A stretch of 32,000 bases of DNA. Origin: Cyanobacteria bacterium GSL.Bin1. Lineage in GTDB: Bacteria > Cyanobacteriota > Cyanobacteriia > Cyanobacteriales > Rubidibacteraceae. The notes beneath the pieces were generated by a model. That model was not told the origin of the DNA. It did not search any database and was given only the letters and a program-made list of their open reading frames with translations. The position numbers and the translations under genes were made by a program. Below, piece after piece: positions 8,716 to 17,311 of the stretch. Within the stretch, counting starts at the first letter, position 1. Each line of letters opens with the position of its first letter. The stretch covers positions 25,920 to 57,919 of the forward strand of contig JAAANX010000099.1 in assembly GCA_009909085.1 (NCBI GenBank), in the 5' to 3' direction.

Positions 8716-10137
8716 ATGGTACAAGCACAACAATCATCTAGTGGATTTAAGGCTGGGGTACAAGATTACGCCCTGACCTACTATACTCCCGACTACACGC
8801 CGAAAGACACTGATCTTTTAGCAGCATTCCGAGTAACTCCGCAGCCTGGGGTTCCTCCTGAAGAAGCAGGGGCTGCGGTAGCTGCTGAGTCCTCCACAGG
8901 AACTTGGACAACGGTATGGACAGACAACCTGACTGACTTAGATCGGTACAAAGGACGTTGCTACGAAATTGAAGCGGTTCCCGGTGAAGATAACCAATAC
9001 TTTATGTTCGTGGCTTACCCCATCGACTTATTTGAAGAAGGGTCCGTCACGAATATGCTCACTTCAATTGTGGGGAACGTTTTTGGATTTAAAGCCTTAC
9101 GGGCGCTGCGTTTAGAAGACCTTCGGATTCCTTTTGCTTACCTCAAAACTTTCCAAGGACCTCCTCATGGGATTACTGTAGAGCGTGACCTCCTCAACAA
9201 ATACGGTCGTCCTTTACTCGGTTGCACCATTAAGCCCAAACTCGGTTTATCCGCGAAAAACTACGGTCGGGCAGTGTATGAGTGTCTCCGGGGTGGTTTA
9301 GACTTCACCAAAGACGACGAAAATATTAACTCTCAGCCTTTTATGCGCTGGCGCGATCGCTACCTCTTTGTTGCGGAAGCGGTTCACAAAGCACAAGCCG
9401 AAACCAACGAAATTAAAGGGCACTATCTCAACGTGACTGCGCCGACCTGTGAGCAAATGCTAGAACGGGCAGAGTTCGTGAAAGAATTGGATATGCCCAT
9501 TCTCATGCACGACTACCTCACCGGCGGTTTCACGGCGAACACCACTTTAGCAAAATGGTGTCGCGCGAATGGCGTTCTCATGCACATTCACCGGGCAATG
9601 CACGCGGTCATTGACCGTCAGAAAAACCACGGGATCCACTTCCGTGTTCTCGCGAAATGCTTACGGATGTCGGGTGGCGACCACCTCCACTCAGGAACCG
9701 TTGTCGGTAAATTAGAAGGGGAACGTGCAATTACCCTTGGTTTTGTGGATCAAATGCGCGAAGACCACGTGGAAGAAGATCGCTCTCGCGGTAACTTCTT
9801 TACCCAAGATTGGGCTTCTCTAGGAGGTGTCTTCCCTGTTGCATCTGGTGGGATTCACATCTGGCATATGCCAGCACTGGTTGATATCTTTGGTGATGAT
9901 TCCTGCTTACAGTTTGGTGGCGGTACCCTCGGACACCCTTGGGGAAATGCGCCGGGTGCAACAGCGAACCGGGTTGCCCTTGAAGCGTGTGTTCAAGCAC
10001 GGAACGAAGGTCGTAACTTAGCTCGTGAAGGCAACGACATCATTAAAGAAGCAGCTCGCTGGTCTCCTGAACTGAAAGTAGCCTCTGAACTCTGGAAAGA
10101 AATTAAGTTCGAGTACGAAGCAGTCGATACCCTCTAA
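8716..10137 (+). CDS. rbcL: RuBisCO large subunit, form IB
   Basis: 473 aa with canonical RbcL sequence ([45 protein letters not shown]). Confidence 0.98.
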   Translation: MVQAQQSSSGFKAGVQDYALTYYTPDYTPKDTDLLAAFRVTPQPGVPPEEAGAAVAAESSTGTWTTVWTDNLTDLDRYKGRCYEIEAVPGEDNQYFMFVAYPIDLFEEGSVTNMLTSIVGNVFGFKALRALRLEDLRIPFAYLKTFQGPPHGITVERDLLNKYGRPLLGCTIKPKLGLSAKNYGRAVYECLRGGLDFTKDDENINSQPFMRWRDRYLFVAEAVHKAQAETNEIKGHYLNVTAPTCEQMLERAEFVKELDMPILMHDYLTGGFTANTTLAKWCRANGVLMHIHRAMHAVIDRQKNHGIHFRVLAKCLRMSGGDHLHSGTVVGKLEGERAITLGFVDQMREDHVEEDRSRGNFFTQDWASLGGVFPVASGGIHIWHMPALVDIFGDDSCLQFGGGTLGHPWGNAPGATANRVALEACVQARNEGRNLAREGNDIIKEAARWSPELKVASELWKEIKFEYEAVDTL

Positions 10138-10184
10138 TTGCTACTGCCAAGAATTGTGATTTGGGTCGGGAAAGGTTAACTATT

Positions 10185-10595
10185 ATGAACTCAAAACGAG
10201 TGGCTCAAGAAACAGCGAAAGTGCTGCAAGACTACCTCACTTATCAAGCAGTGCGCACGATTCTTGACCAGTTATCGGAAACCAATCCCACCCAAGCCAT
10301 CTGGCTACGACAGTTTTCTCAACAGCATAATTTGCAAAATAGCGAAGCTTACCTAGAAGCCTTAATGGCAGAACGGAAAGATTTAGTGATGCGAATTATG
10401 ACGGTTCGAGAAGACCTTGCTGAGCGAGTCTTAGATTTTTTACCGGAGATGGTTCGCTCAGGTGTTGAGGAGTCGAATTTACGATACCGTTGCCAGATTT
10501 TAGAACGGCTCACCCAAACCCAATCGGAAAACTCGGACAATCCAGACTCAGATGATTCGTCCTCTTTTCCCGATGATTCTCATTCTACTGAATAA
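10185..10595 (+). CDS. rbcX: RuBisCO assembly chaperone RbcX
   Basis: MNSKRVAQETAKVLQDYLTYQAVRTILDQLSETNP...DFLPEMV matches the RbcX pattern, and the gene lies between rbcL and rbcS. I start at the ATG at 10185 rather than the non-ATG start at 10161 used by the track. Confidence 0.9.
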   Translation: MNSKRVAQETAKVLQDYLTYQAVRTILDQLSETNPTQAIWLRQFSQQHNLQNSEAYLEALMAERKDLVMRIMTVREDLAERVLDFLPEMVRSGVEESNLRYRCQILERLTQTQSENSDNPDSDDSSSFPDDSHSTE

Positions 10596-10623
10596 TCTCG
10601 TTGTATTGATCTGATTAAAAACC

Positions 10624-10959
10624 ATGAAAACAACACCGAAACAGCCTCATTACGAAACTCTATCTTATTTACCTCCCCTCACTGACCAACAGATTGCTAA
10701 GCAAATCCAATATATGTTGGATCAAGACTTCATTCCTGCAATTGAGTTTGAAGAATCTCCGAGCCCGGAAGATCACCACTGGACCCTCTGGAAACTCCCT
10801 TTATTTGATGCCAGTTCTCCTCAGGATGTGCTCAATGAAGTCCGGGAATGTCGCTCTGAATATTCCAACTGCTATATTCGTGTCGTAGGCTTTGATAATA
10901 TTCGTCAGTGCCAAATGGTTAGCTTTATCGTTTATAAACCCGATGGGATCCGTTACTAA
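10624..10959 (+). CDS. rbcS: RuBisCO small subunit
   Basis: 111 aa with [31 protein letters not shown] and [14 protein letters not shown]. Confidence 0.97.
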   Translation: MKTTPKQPHYETLSYLPPLTDQQIAKQIQYMLDQDFIPAIEFEESPSPEDHHWTLWKLPLFDASSPQDVLNEVRECRSEYSNCYIRVVGFDNIRQCQMVSFIVYKPDGIRY

Positions 10960-10980
10960 TTTTCTCTGCGGGTGAATTTT

Positions 10981-11008
10981 GCCTCCACTGTTGTCGTGGA
11001 GGCTTTTT
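10981..11008 (+). terminator. Rho-independent terminator after rbcS
   Basis: The stem pairs GCCTCCAC (10981-10988) with GTGGAGGC (10996-11003) around a 7-nt loop. A TTTTT run follows. Confidence 0.7.
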
Positions 11009-11261
11009 GTATTGGTTCAAAGGGCTTGTCGTTCATCAGGCTAATAGTTTGATTGGGAAGGTTCAAAGTTCCCAGATTCGCTCGGTTTGTGCTATTTCTC
11101 GCTTGTTTTTCCTTTTCGCTGTAACGACCTTTTATGTTACTGCTCAAGGCGTTGAGGTAGTCTCCTGGTTTTTCCTTATGGTGGGGGCGCGATCTAGCGC
11201 GATCGCGCAGATTTAACCGCATTAAGACTCTAATCGCGGAAGATTATGAAAATCAAGGTTA

Positions 11262-11420
11262 ATGATCAAGGTGGTTCTAGATACATCGGTGTTTGTTTCC
11301 GCGCTGTTGAGCCGAAACCCTAAAACAGCTCCCAATCAAATTTTGGAGGGGTGGCAACAAGGCGCTTTTTCCCTCGTCATTTATTATTTCTCAAGTTTTA
11401 TCACGGGACGCAAGTTTTAA
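11262..11420 (+). pseudogene. Truncated PIN-domain toxin gene (N-terminal roughly 40 aa retained)
   Basis: MIKVVLDTSVFVSALLSRNPKTAPNQILEGWQQGAFSLVI matches the N-terminus of PIN-family TA toxins, which are about 140 aa when intact. The frame then runs into unrelated sequence and stops after 52 codons. Confidence 0.6.
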
Positions 11421-11445
11421 CCCCTAATCTGTTTCTCAAGAGATT

Positions 11446-11775
11446 CCGTAACGATTGAAAAGCAAGCAAAGCGCGTAGGTCTCCAGACCGAGCCGTAGGC
11501 ATCGCGCTCAGTAGAAAAAGGATTAACGGGACTTAGACAAAAAAACAACAAGAAAACAGCCTCAAACACAGTCATGGCAATGAATTTACACCAACCCCCT
11601 AAAAATCGCTGAAACCCAGCTATATCCAGAAAACTGCTCAATCGAAGTAAAATAACTACTGTGTAAGGGTTTGAGACTGTTTTTGCCTCACGATTGTTTA
11701 AGTCCCGTTAACTATTGAAAAGCCTGTCAGTTAAGAATCCTAGACTTGCTCAGTAGGGATTACTTAAAATTCATG
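11446..11775. repeat. Patch of nested direct and inverted short repeats (MITE-like element)
   Basis: Inverted arms TTAACGGGACTTAGAC / AAAACAGCCTCAAACACAGT (11523-11572) pair with ACTGTGTAAGGGTTTGAGACTGTTTTT / GTTTAAGTCCCGTTAA (11658-11711). Direct repeats are CCGTAACGATTGAAAAGC (11446) vs CCGTTAACTATTGAAAAGC (11705), and GCTCAGTAG..GGATTA at 11506 and 11748. Confidence 0.45.
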
Positions 11776-11812
11776 TTACCTTAAGGGAATTCATCTAAAA
11801 TAGCCTGCAGAA

Positions 11813-12451
11813 ATGAAAGTTTTGATAACAGGCTTTGAGCCCAATGATGAAGGGTTAAATGCCTCAGAGTTAACGGTAGTGTCGTTACGTGACAACTCCC
11901 CTCAAGAGCTTACTCCGTACATAGACAAGATTGCTTTCAAGATTCTACCTGGCAATACCAATACCCTTGGGGAAATCGTTGATGAAACTCTCAAAGCGTT
12001 GTCGCCCAATCTTGTTATTGGCATCGGGCAAGCCAAAGGTTATAATAAAATTGCTCTGGAACGGATGGCAAAGAATTTGAGATATTTTGTCACTCTAGAC
12101 CGAGCGGGCAATGCGCCCAAAGGAGAAAAGGTGGTTCCAGAGGGTCCTGTTGCCTATTGGAGTACTCTACGCGATCAAGAAGGTTTAGTCTCCCAACTGG
12201 AACATCATCAGATTCCTGCTAGAATTTCCAATGATTGCGGCACTCATCTGTGTAATCAAGTCTTCTATCATTTCCTTGATTGGCAAATGCTTCATCATTC
12301 TGAGATGACAGTTGGTTTTATCCACATTCCAGTTTTACCGGAACAAGTGATTAAATATTGGGCAGACTCTCCATTTATGCCGATGGAGATGACTCGTCAG
12401 GCTTTGTCACTCATCATTAGCAGACAGATTCAACTTCTTAATTCAGTCTGA
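11813..12451 (+). CDS. pcp: Pyroglutamyl-peptidase I (peptidase C15)
   Basis: 212 aa with MKVLITGFEP at the N-terminus, a catalytic Cys context GTHLCNQVFY and a His context GFIHIP. Confidence 0.8.
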   Translation: MKVLITGFEPNDEGLNASELTVVSLRDNSPQELTPYIDKIAFKILPGNTNTLGEIVDETLKALSPNLVIGIGQAKGYNKIALERMAKNLRYFVTLDRAGNAPKGEKVVPEGPVAYWSTLRDQEGLVSQLEHHQIPARISNDCGTHLCNQVFYHFLDWQMLHHSEMTVGFIHIPVLPEQVIKYWADSPFMPMEMTRQALSLIISRQIQLLNSV

Positions 12452-12630
12452 TACGCGCTCTTGTGTCAACCTTGAATAATATGAGTTCGGGATCAGTAAA
12501 GGAGAGGTAGTAAGCTGAAAATAGCTACTTTCGTCACTTCATCTCGCTCGAAACCCTTAAGCAGTATATAATAATCCGGCTCTACCGAACCTGTTGTGTA
12601 AAACTGTTAGAGATTTACCCTTAATTGAAC

Positions 12631-12662
12631 AAAAAGTAGGGATGAACTCTCTTCATCCCTAC
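12631..12662 (-). terminator. Rho-independent terminator after rplI
   Basis: Perfect 11-bp stem GTAGGGATGAA / TTCATCCCTAC (12636-12662) with a 5-nt loop. On the minus strand a U-run follows (complement of AAAAA at 12631-12635). Confidence 0.65.
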
Positions 12663-12736
12663 CCAATTAAACCGCTCGGTTTCCTTTTCCTCAACATGAA
12701 AAAAGACAAAAGCTCTCGAATCAAGTGAAGATCACG

Positions 12737-13198
12737 TTAGAGAGAAGCCACTTGAATTTCAATATTAGCCGTTACTTCAGGATGAAGTCGGACTTCAGCA
12801 GGATAGAAACCAATGCGACTAATATCATCCGGTAAAACCACACCTCGGCGATCAATATCTTGTCCAGTGGTTTCCTTAACCACATCAACCACATCTTGAG
12901 GAGTGACCGTCCCAAAAATGGCTTCTCCTTCACCCACTTGCTTACGAATCATAAAACGACCAATGGTTTCCAAGGCAGTTTTCCGATCTTGTGCTTCTTT
13001 GAGAATTGCTAATTGACGCTGACGTTCTTTTTCTTGTCGCTGTTCAACTTGTTTCAAAATTCCAGGCGTTGCGACACTCGCCAAGTTCTGCGGAATTAAA
13101 TAATTACGGGCATATCCAGGAGCCACTTCGACCAAATCGTCTGCTTGACCGAGCTTTTTCACATCTTTGCGTAAAACAACTTGTACTCGTTTTGCCAT
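12737..13198 (-). CDS. rplI: 50S ribosomal protein L9
   Basis: 153 aa with [37 protein letters not shown], typical of L9. Confidence 0.95.
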   Translation of the reverse strand: MAKRVQVVLRKDVKKLGQADDLVEVAPGYARNYLIPQNLASVATPGILKQVEQRQEKERQRQLAILKEAQDRKTALETIGRFMIRKQVGEGEAIFGTVTPQDVVDVVKETTGQDIDRRGVVLPDDISRIGFYPAEVRLHPEVTANIEIQVASL

Positions 13199-13345
13199 GA
13201 CTTTTACTATATTTTTCTAGAATTAACCGAAACAATCACCACCGGCGTTGGAAAAAGGTGGCACAAACTTTTATTTTACCAACAAAATTAGTAACTGGAG
13301 AAGCTCTATGAATGAAAGCCGGGATAAGGCTTATTTTTTATCGCG

Positions 13346-13625
13346 TCACCCATAGCCATCGGTCACAGTGATTTGCACCTCAATCGCTGCATTAGTTTTA
13401 ACACGAGTGATGAAATCAATGCCTTGAGCAATTAACTTCTGCCAAAACTGAAAATGATAAAAACCTCGGTCGAGCCGGAGCAGAGTTTGAGGGGAAACTA
13501 AATCTAGTAAATCTTCTTCAAAACGAGTTAATGCAAGCACGAGGATTTTCGGCAAACCCAATTTTCACAGGCAACCGAGTGACTAAATCCATCACTACAC
13601 CTATAAAGTCAAATATCATGCTGAC
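13346..13625 (-). pseudogene. IS4-family transposase remnant, frameshifted and truncated
   Basis: The ORF fragment contains LLRLDRGFYHFQFWQKLIAQGIDFITRVKTNA (DDE region). The upstream homologous part (DLVTRLPVKIGFAENPRA) sits in a different frame. No full-length transposase ORF or terminal repeats are visible. Confidence 0.6.
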
Positions 13626-13706
13626 GAAATTATCAATGATTGAGTCAGTTTAATCGAAAACCCTGAGCAGAATTTTTTAAAACAGAGAAAACATTCAAGA
13701 GCTTTG

Positions 13707-13739
13707 AAAAAAAAATAAGCCCCACCATCTAGGGTGAGG
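13707..13739 (-). terminator. Rho-independent terminator after desC
   Basis: On the minus strand, stem CCTCACC / GGTGGGG (one G-U pair) with a 6-nt loop is followed by a long U-run (complement of the A-run at 13707-13715). Confidence 0.6.
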
Positions 13740-13760
13740 TAAACCTTGATCTAGATTGAG

Positions 13761-14573
13761 CTAGTGTTTAACGAGCTTGACATTTTTGGCTAAACCAATA
13801 AGCTCTAAAAAGCGGATCATCATCCAAGTCATATCAAATTCCCACCATTGCAAACCATGCCGTGCTGAATATTGGTAAGCATGATGATTATTATGCCAAC
13901 CTTCACCATAGGTTAATAATGCAACCCACCAGCAATTACGGGATTGGTCTTTCGATTCATGAGTTTGATAACCAAATTTATGGGTGGCGCTATTAACAAA
14001 CCAAGTACAGTGAAAGACCACTGCTAAACGGACAAAGACTCCCCAAATCACAAATGGCCATCCACCGAGTGCATAGAGGAAAAGTCCAAAGGCAACTTGA
14101 ATGAGAATAAAATATTTTGATAAAAATTGATAGAACGGGTCGGAATTAATATCTTGTGTGTATTTAGGAATATCTTTTTTTAAGGGAATTTCATGAAGCA
14201 TCCAGCCCATATGACTCCACCAAAATCCTTGATTAGAATCATGGGGATCAGCCTGATGATCAGAATATTTATGATGCATGCGATGCAAACCAACCCAGTC
14301 AATCACACTGCCCTGGGCAGATAAAGCGCCGCAAAAAACTAAGAAATACTCTAGCCACTTGGGTACTTCTAAGCTGCGGTGACTCAAAAGGCGGTGAAAC
14401 CCTAAAGTAACACCTAATCCACCTGTAACCCAATGCATAAGCAAGGCAACTCCCACCGCTGACCAACTAAAAAAGTTGGGCAAAAAAGCAAGAAGTGCCA
14501 CTAAATGAATCGATGTAATGTAGGCAAAAGTTACCCAATCGAAAGGTAGTTTTTTCTCGGTTGCAACAGTCAT
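13761..14573 (-). CDS. desC: Acyl-lipid delta-9 fatty-acid desaturase
   Basis: 270-aa membrane desaturase with three His boxes (HRLLSHRS, HRMHHKYSD, HNNHHAY). Confidence 0.9.
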   Translation of the reverse strand: MTVATEKKLPFDWVTFAYITSIHLVALLAFLPNFFSWSAVGVALLMHWVTGGLGVTLGFHRLLSHRSLEVPKWLEYFLVFCGALSAQGSVIDWVGLHRMHHKYSDHQADPHDSNQGFWWSHMGWMLHEIPLKKDIPKYTQDINSDPFYQFLSKYFILIQVAFGLFLYALGGWPFVIWGVFVRLAVVFHCTWFVNSATHKFGYQTHESKDQSRNCWWVALLTYGEGWHNNHHAYQYSARHGLQWWEFDMTWMMIRFLELIGLAKNVKLVKH

Positions 14574-14697
14574 GAACTAAATTACGTTTCCTTATGAGCA
14601 GTTTAATGGTATTGTGCTGGTTCTAGCGGTTCTAATGCAAGACAAAAATTGAAATCAATTCTTAAATTTCTCAAAATTTTTGCACAAACTAGAGAAT

Positions 14698-15945
14698 ATG
14701 AACAGCCAACTCTTGTTAGAAAAAGCGCAAACAGCACTCTTTCCAATTTTTTCGAGAATTGACACCAAGGTCAAGCATAACGCAAAAAAAGTTCTGGAAG
14801 CATTTCGACAAGAACGGGTAGGCGTACATCATTTTGCTAGCGTTAGCGGTTATGGACATGATGATTTAGGGCGGGATACCCTTGATCGGGCTTTTGCTAG
14901 GGTGATGGGGGCTCAAGCAGCAGCAGTACGGGTACAGTTGGTTTCGGGAACTCACGCGATCGCGTGTGGTTTATTTGGCGTCCTGCGTCCCGGAGATGAA
15001 ATGCTGGCAGTAGCGGGAAAACCTTATGATACTCTTGAGGAAGTCATTGGTTTACGGGAATCCGCACCCGGATCGCTGAAAGATTTCGGAATTTCTTATC
15101 GAGAACTGGCTCTTACCTCTCAAGGCAGTCTTGATTGGGACGCCTTAGCAACAGCCATCAGACCGAAGACTCGTTTAGTGTTTATTCAACGCTCTTGTGG
15201 CTATACCTGGCGCGAGAGTTTATCCATTGCTGAAATTCAAAAAATTGTGGAAGTGGTCAAGGGGCAAAACCCCAATACCATCTGCTTTGTCGATAACTGT
15301 TACGGGGAGTTTGTGGATACCATCGAACCGCCAGTGGTTGGGGCAGATTTAATTGCCGGTTCTTTAATCAAAAATCCGGGTGGCACGATTGTTACGGCAG
15401 GCGGATATATCGCGGGACGAAAAGACTTAGTAGAAGCCGCTTGTTGCCGTCTCACTGCACCGGGAATTGGTAGTGAGGGGGGAGCGACGTTTGACCAGAA
15501 TCGGCTCTTATTTCAAGGACTTTTCTTGGCGCCGCAAATGGTAGGAGAAGCGATTAAAGGGACTCATTTGGTTGCTCATGTCTTCCAACAACTGGGTTAT
15601 CCGGTGAACCCACTTCCTGAAACCCCTCGTCGCGATGTGATTCAAGCCATTAAATTAGGTAGTAAAGAAAAATTGCTGACCTTTTGTCGCGCGCTGCAGC
15701 AACAATCGCCAGTGGGGTCATATCTTGATCCTGTTCCCGCCCAAATGCCCGGTTATGAAAGTCAGTTGGTGATGGCGGGGGGAACCTTTATTGATGGCAG
15801 CACTTCCGAGTTATCTGCCGATGGACCCCTAAGAGAACCGTATTTGGTTTTTGTGCAGGGGGGAACCCATTGGACTCATTGCGCGATCGCGCTAGAAGCA
15901 ATTATTGATGCCTTTACTCAGCAAGAGAAAGCAGAAGAATCATAA
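14698..15945 (+). CDS. PLP-dependent methionine-gamma-lyase-family protein (YnbB / aluminium-resistance-like)
   Basis: ASVSGYGHDDLGRDTLDRAF..VMGA..A.VR.QLVSGTHAI is characteristic of the YnbB-like family. I prefer the ATG at 14698 to the TTG at 14680. Confidence 0.75.
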   Translation: MNSQLLLEKAQTALFPIFSRIDTKVKHNAKKVLEAFRQERVGVHHFASVSGYGHDDLGRDTLDRAFARVMGAQAAAVRVQLVSGTHAIACGLFGVLRPGDEMLAVAGKPYDTLEEVIGLRESAPGSLKDFGISYRELALTSQGSLDWDALATAIRPKTRLVFIQRSCGYTWRESLSIAEIQKIVEVVKGQNPNTICFVDNCYGEFVDTIEPPVVGADLIAGSLIKNPGGTIVTAGGYIAGRKDLVEAACCRLTAPGIGSEGGATFDQNRLLFQGLFLAPQMVGEAIKGTHLVAHVFQQLGYPVNPLPETPRRDVIQAIKLGSKEKLLTFCRALQQQSPVGSYLDPVPAQMPGYESQLVMAGGTFIDGSTSELSADGPLREPYLVFVQGGTHWTHCAIALEAIIDAFTQQEKAEES

Positions 15946-17238
15946 TTTTTTACGTCTCATCCTTGGGGCAATGGTATGAGAATTAACCCCATAAAATTGA
16001 GCAGCTTTTGACATTTCTAAGTTCAATAATTCAGTATTTCCTAAATGAAACGTTTGCTCTAATCGTAATGGTTCAACATTTAAAGCTTGTCTAACTTGTT
16101 CTGCCACTGCTTTAGCCAGTAAGGGCGGAACCGAATTTCCAATTTGTCGAAACCCATGCCATTTTGTGACATGAAATCGAAACCAATCGGGATAAGAATG
16201 AAGTCGAGCCGCTTCTCGGACTGTAATACATCTTGGAAGATAAGGATGAATGGGGCGGGGCGAAGTAAAAGCACCTCGATTACTGGGCGTTCCCGCCCTT
16301 AACGTATTACAAATTCCCTCAGAATCAAGTTTATAAAAACGGCTAATCGGTTCAGTTTTTCCAGGTGGAGTTGCAGCGAATCTCGCCATTGATTTTTCTG
16401 TATGTTTTGTTCTCAAGCTAGCAGTTAAGAGACTCGAATCATAGTAACGGTAATAACTATAATCATCTTTAACCTCTCCAGTTTTTCGTAATTGATGACT
16501 ATAGTAACTGGGAGTTCCAAATTCCGCTTTTACCGTATCTTGTGTCAAAAGTTCTGGATAGTTTTCAATAGTCGGTAAATCGGTAATTGCATCCCCAACA
16601 GTCGGACTTTCCAGTAAATCATGTTTTAATAATGTCACTTTGCTTTTTGCTGGTCTCGTCAAGTCTAAAGGATACTCAGGTAGAACTTGATCATGACGAC
16701 ATCCCAGTAAAAAAAGACGTTTGCGATTTTGAGGAACGCCAAAATTAGCAGCATTTAAAACTTGATACGGGTGTTGGACATGATAGTGATTCTCCTGAAA
16801 CGCACCGATTAATTCTTCTAGTAATTGCTGTGACTTTCCGATTGCCATGCCAGCAACATTTTCCATGACAAAATATCGGGGTTGGAGTTCGAGGACTAAC
16901 CGTAAAAAGTGAAAGACTAAGGCATTGCGATCATCGGTTAAAACGCGTTTGCCAATTAAAGAAAACCCCTGACAAGGCGGTCCACCAAAAACGACATCAA
17001 TCTCTTGAGTTTGAATCGCAGAAGATTGTCGAATTTCATTTCCTGTTAATTGCGCCGCATCTTTACAAAGCACTGACCAAAACGGAAAATTAAATTCATG
17101 AGCTGCTGCATGGATGGGGTCAATTTCTACAGAAGCTAAAACATCAAACCCTGCTTGTTCAAACCCTAAGGTCATACCTCCTACACCAGCGAATAGATCA
17201 ACCGCAATGGGACGTTTAGCTTGAAACTTGTTGCCCAT
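15940..17238 (-). CDS. DNA (cytosine-5) methyltransferase, orphan (no adjacent endonuclease)
   Basis: All the conserved C5-MTase motifs I looked for (I, IV, VI, VIII, IX-like, X) are present: DLFAGVGG (I), GGPPCQGFS (IV), ENV (VI), QNRKRLF (VIII), ITVREAARLHSYPD (IX-like), GNSVPPLLA (X). Confidence 0.9.
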   Translation of the reverse strand: MGNKFQAKRPIAVDLFAGVGGMTLGFEQAGFDVLASVEIDPIHAAAHEFNFPFWSVLCKDAAQLTGNEIRQSSAIQTQEIDVVFGGPPCQGFSLIGKRVLTDDRNALVFHFLRLVLELQPRYFVMENVAGMAIGKSQQLLEELIGAFQENHYHVQHPYQVLNAANFGVPQNRKRLFLLGCRHDQVLPEYPLDLTRPAKSKVTLLKHDLLESPTVGDAITDLPTIENYPELLTQDTVKAEFGTPSYYSHQLRKTGEVKDDYSYYRYYDSSLLTASLRTKHTEKSMARFAATPPGKTEPISRFYKLDSEGICNTLRAGTPSNRGAFTSPRPIHPYLPRCITVREAARLHSYPDWFRFHVTKWHGFRQIGNSVPPLLAKAVAEQVRQALNVEPLRLEQTFHLGNTELLNLEMSKAAQFYGVNSHTIAPRMRRKKL

Positions 17239-17311
17239 TTCCTCAAGTTATTCTCCCCATTACTTTTTGGTAATGAAAACCGTCAACCAACTGCGATCTT
17301 ATAAATTTAAA

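Noticed and set aside
10161-10184. Longer rbcX start (MGRERLTI...)
   Set aside because: The codon at 10161 is TTG, not ATG. The conserved RbcX sequence begins right after the ATG at 10185.
10956-11222. 88-aa minus-strand and 69-aa plus-strand ORFs between rbcS and the PIN remnant
   Set aside because: They are mutually overlapping and run across the rbcS terminator hairpin. There are no motifs. I treat the region as decayed non-coding sequence.
11386-11775. Possible degenerate CRISPR array (repeats ending in ATTGAAAAGC)
   Set aside because: The repeat copies lie in both orientations, with irregular spacing and unequal length. There is no run of evenly spaced direct repeats and no cas gene nearby.
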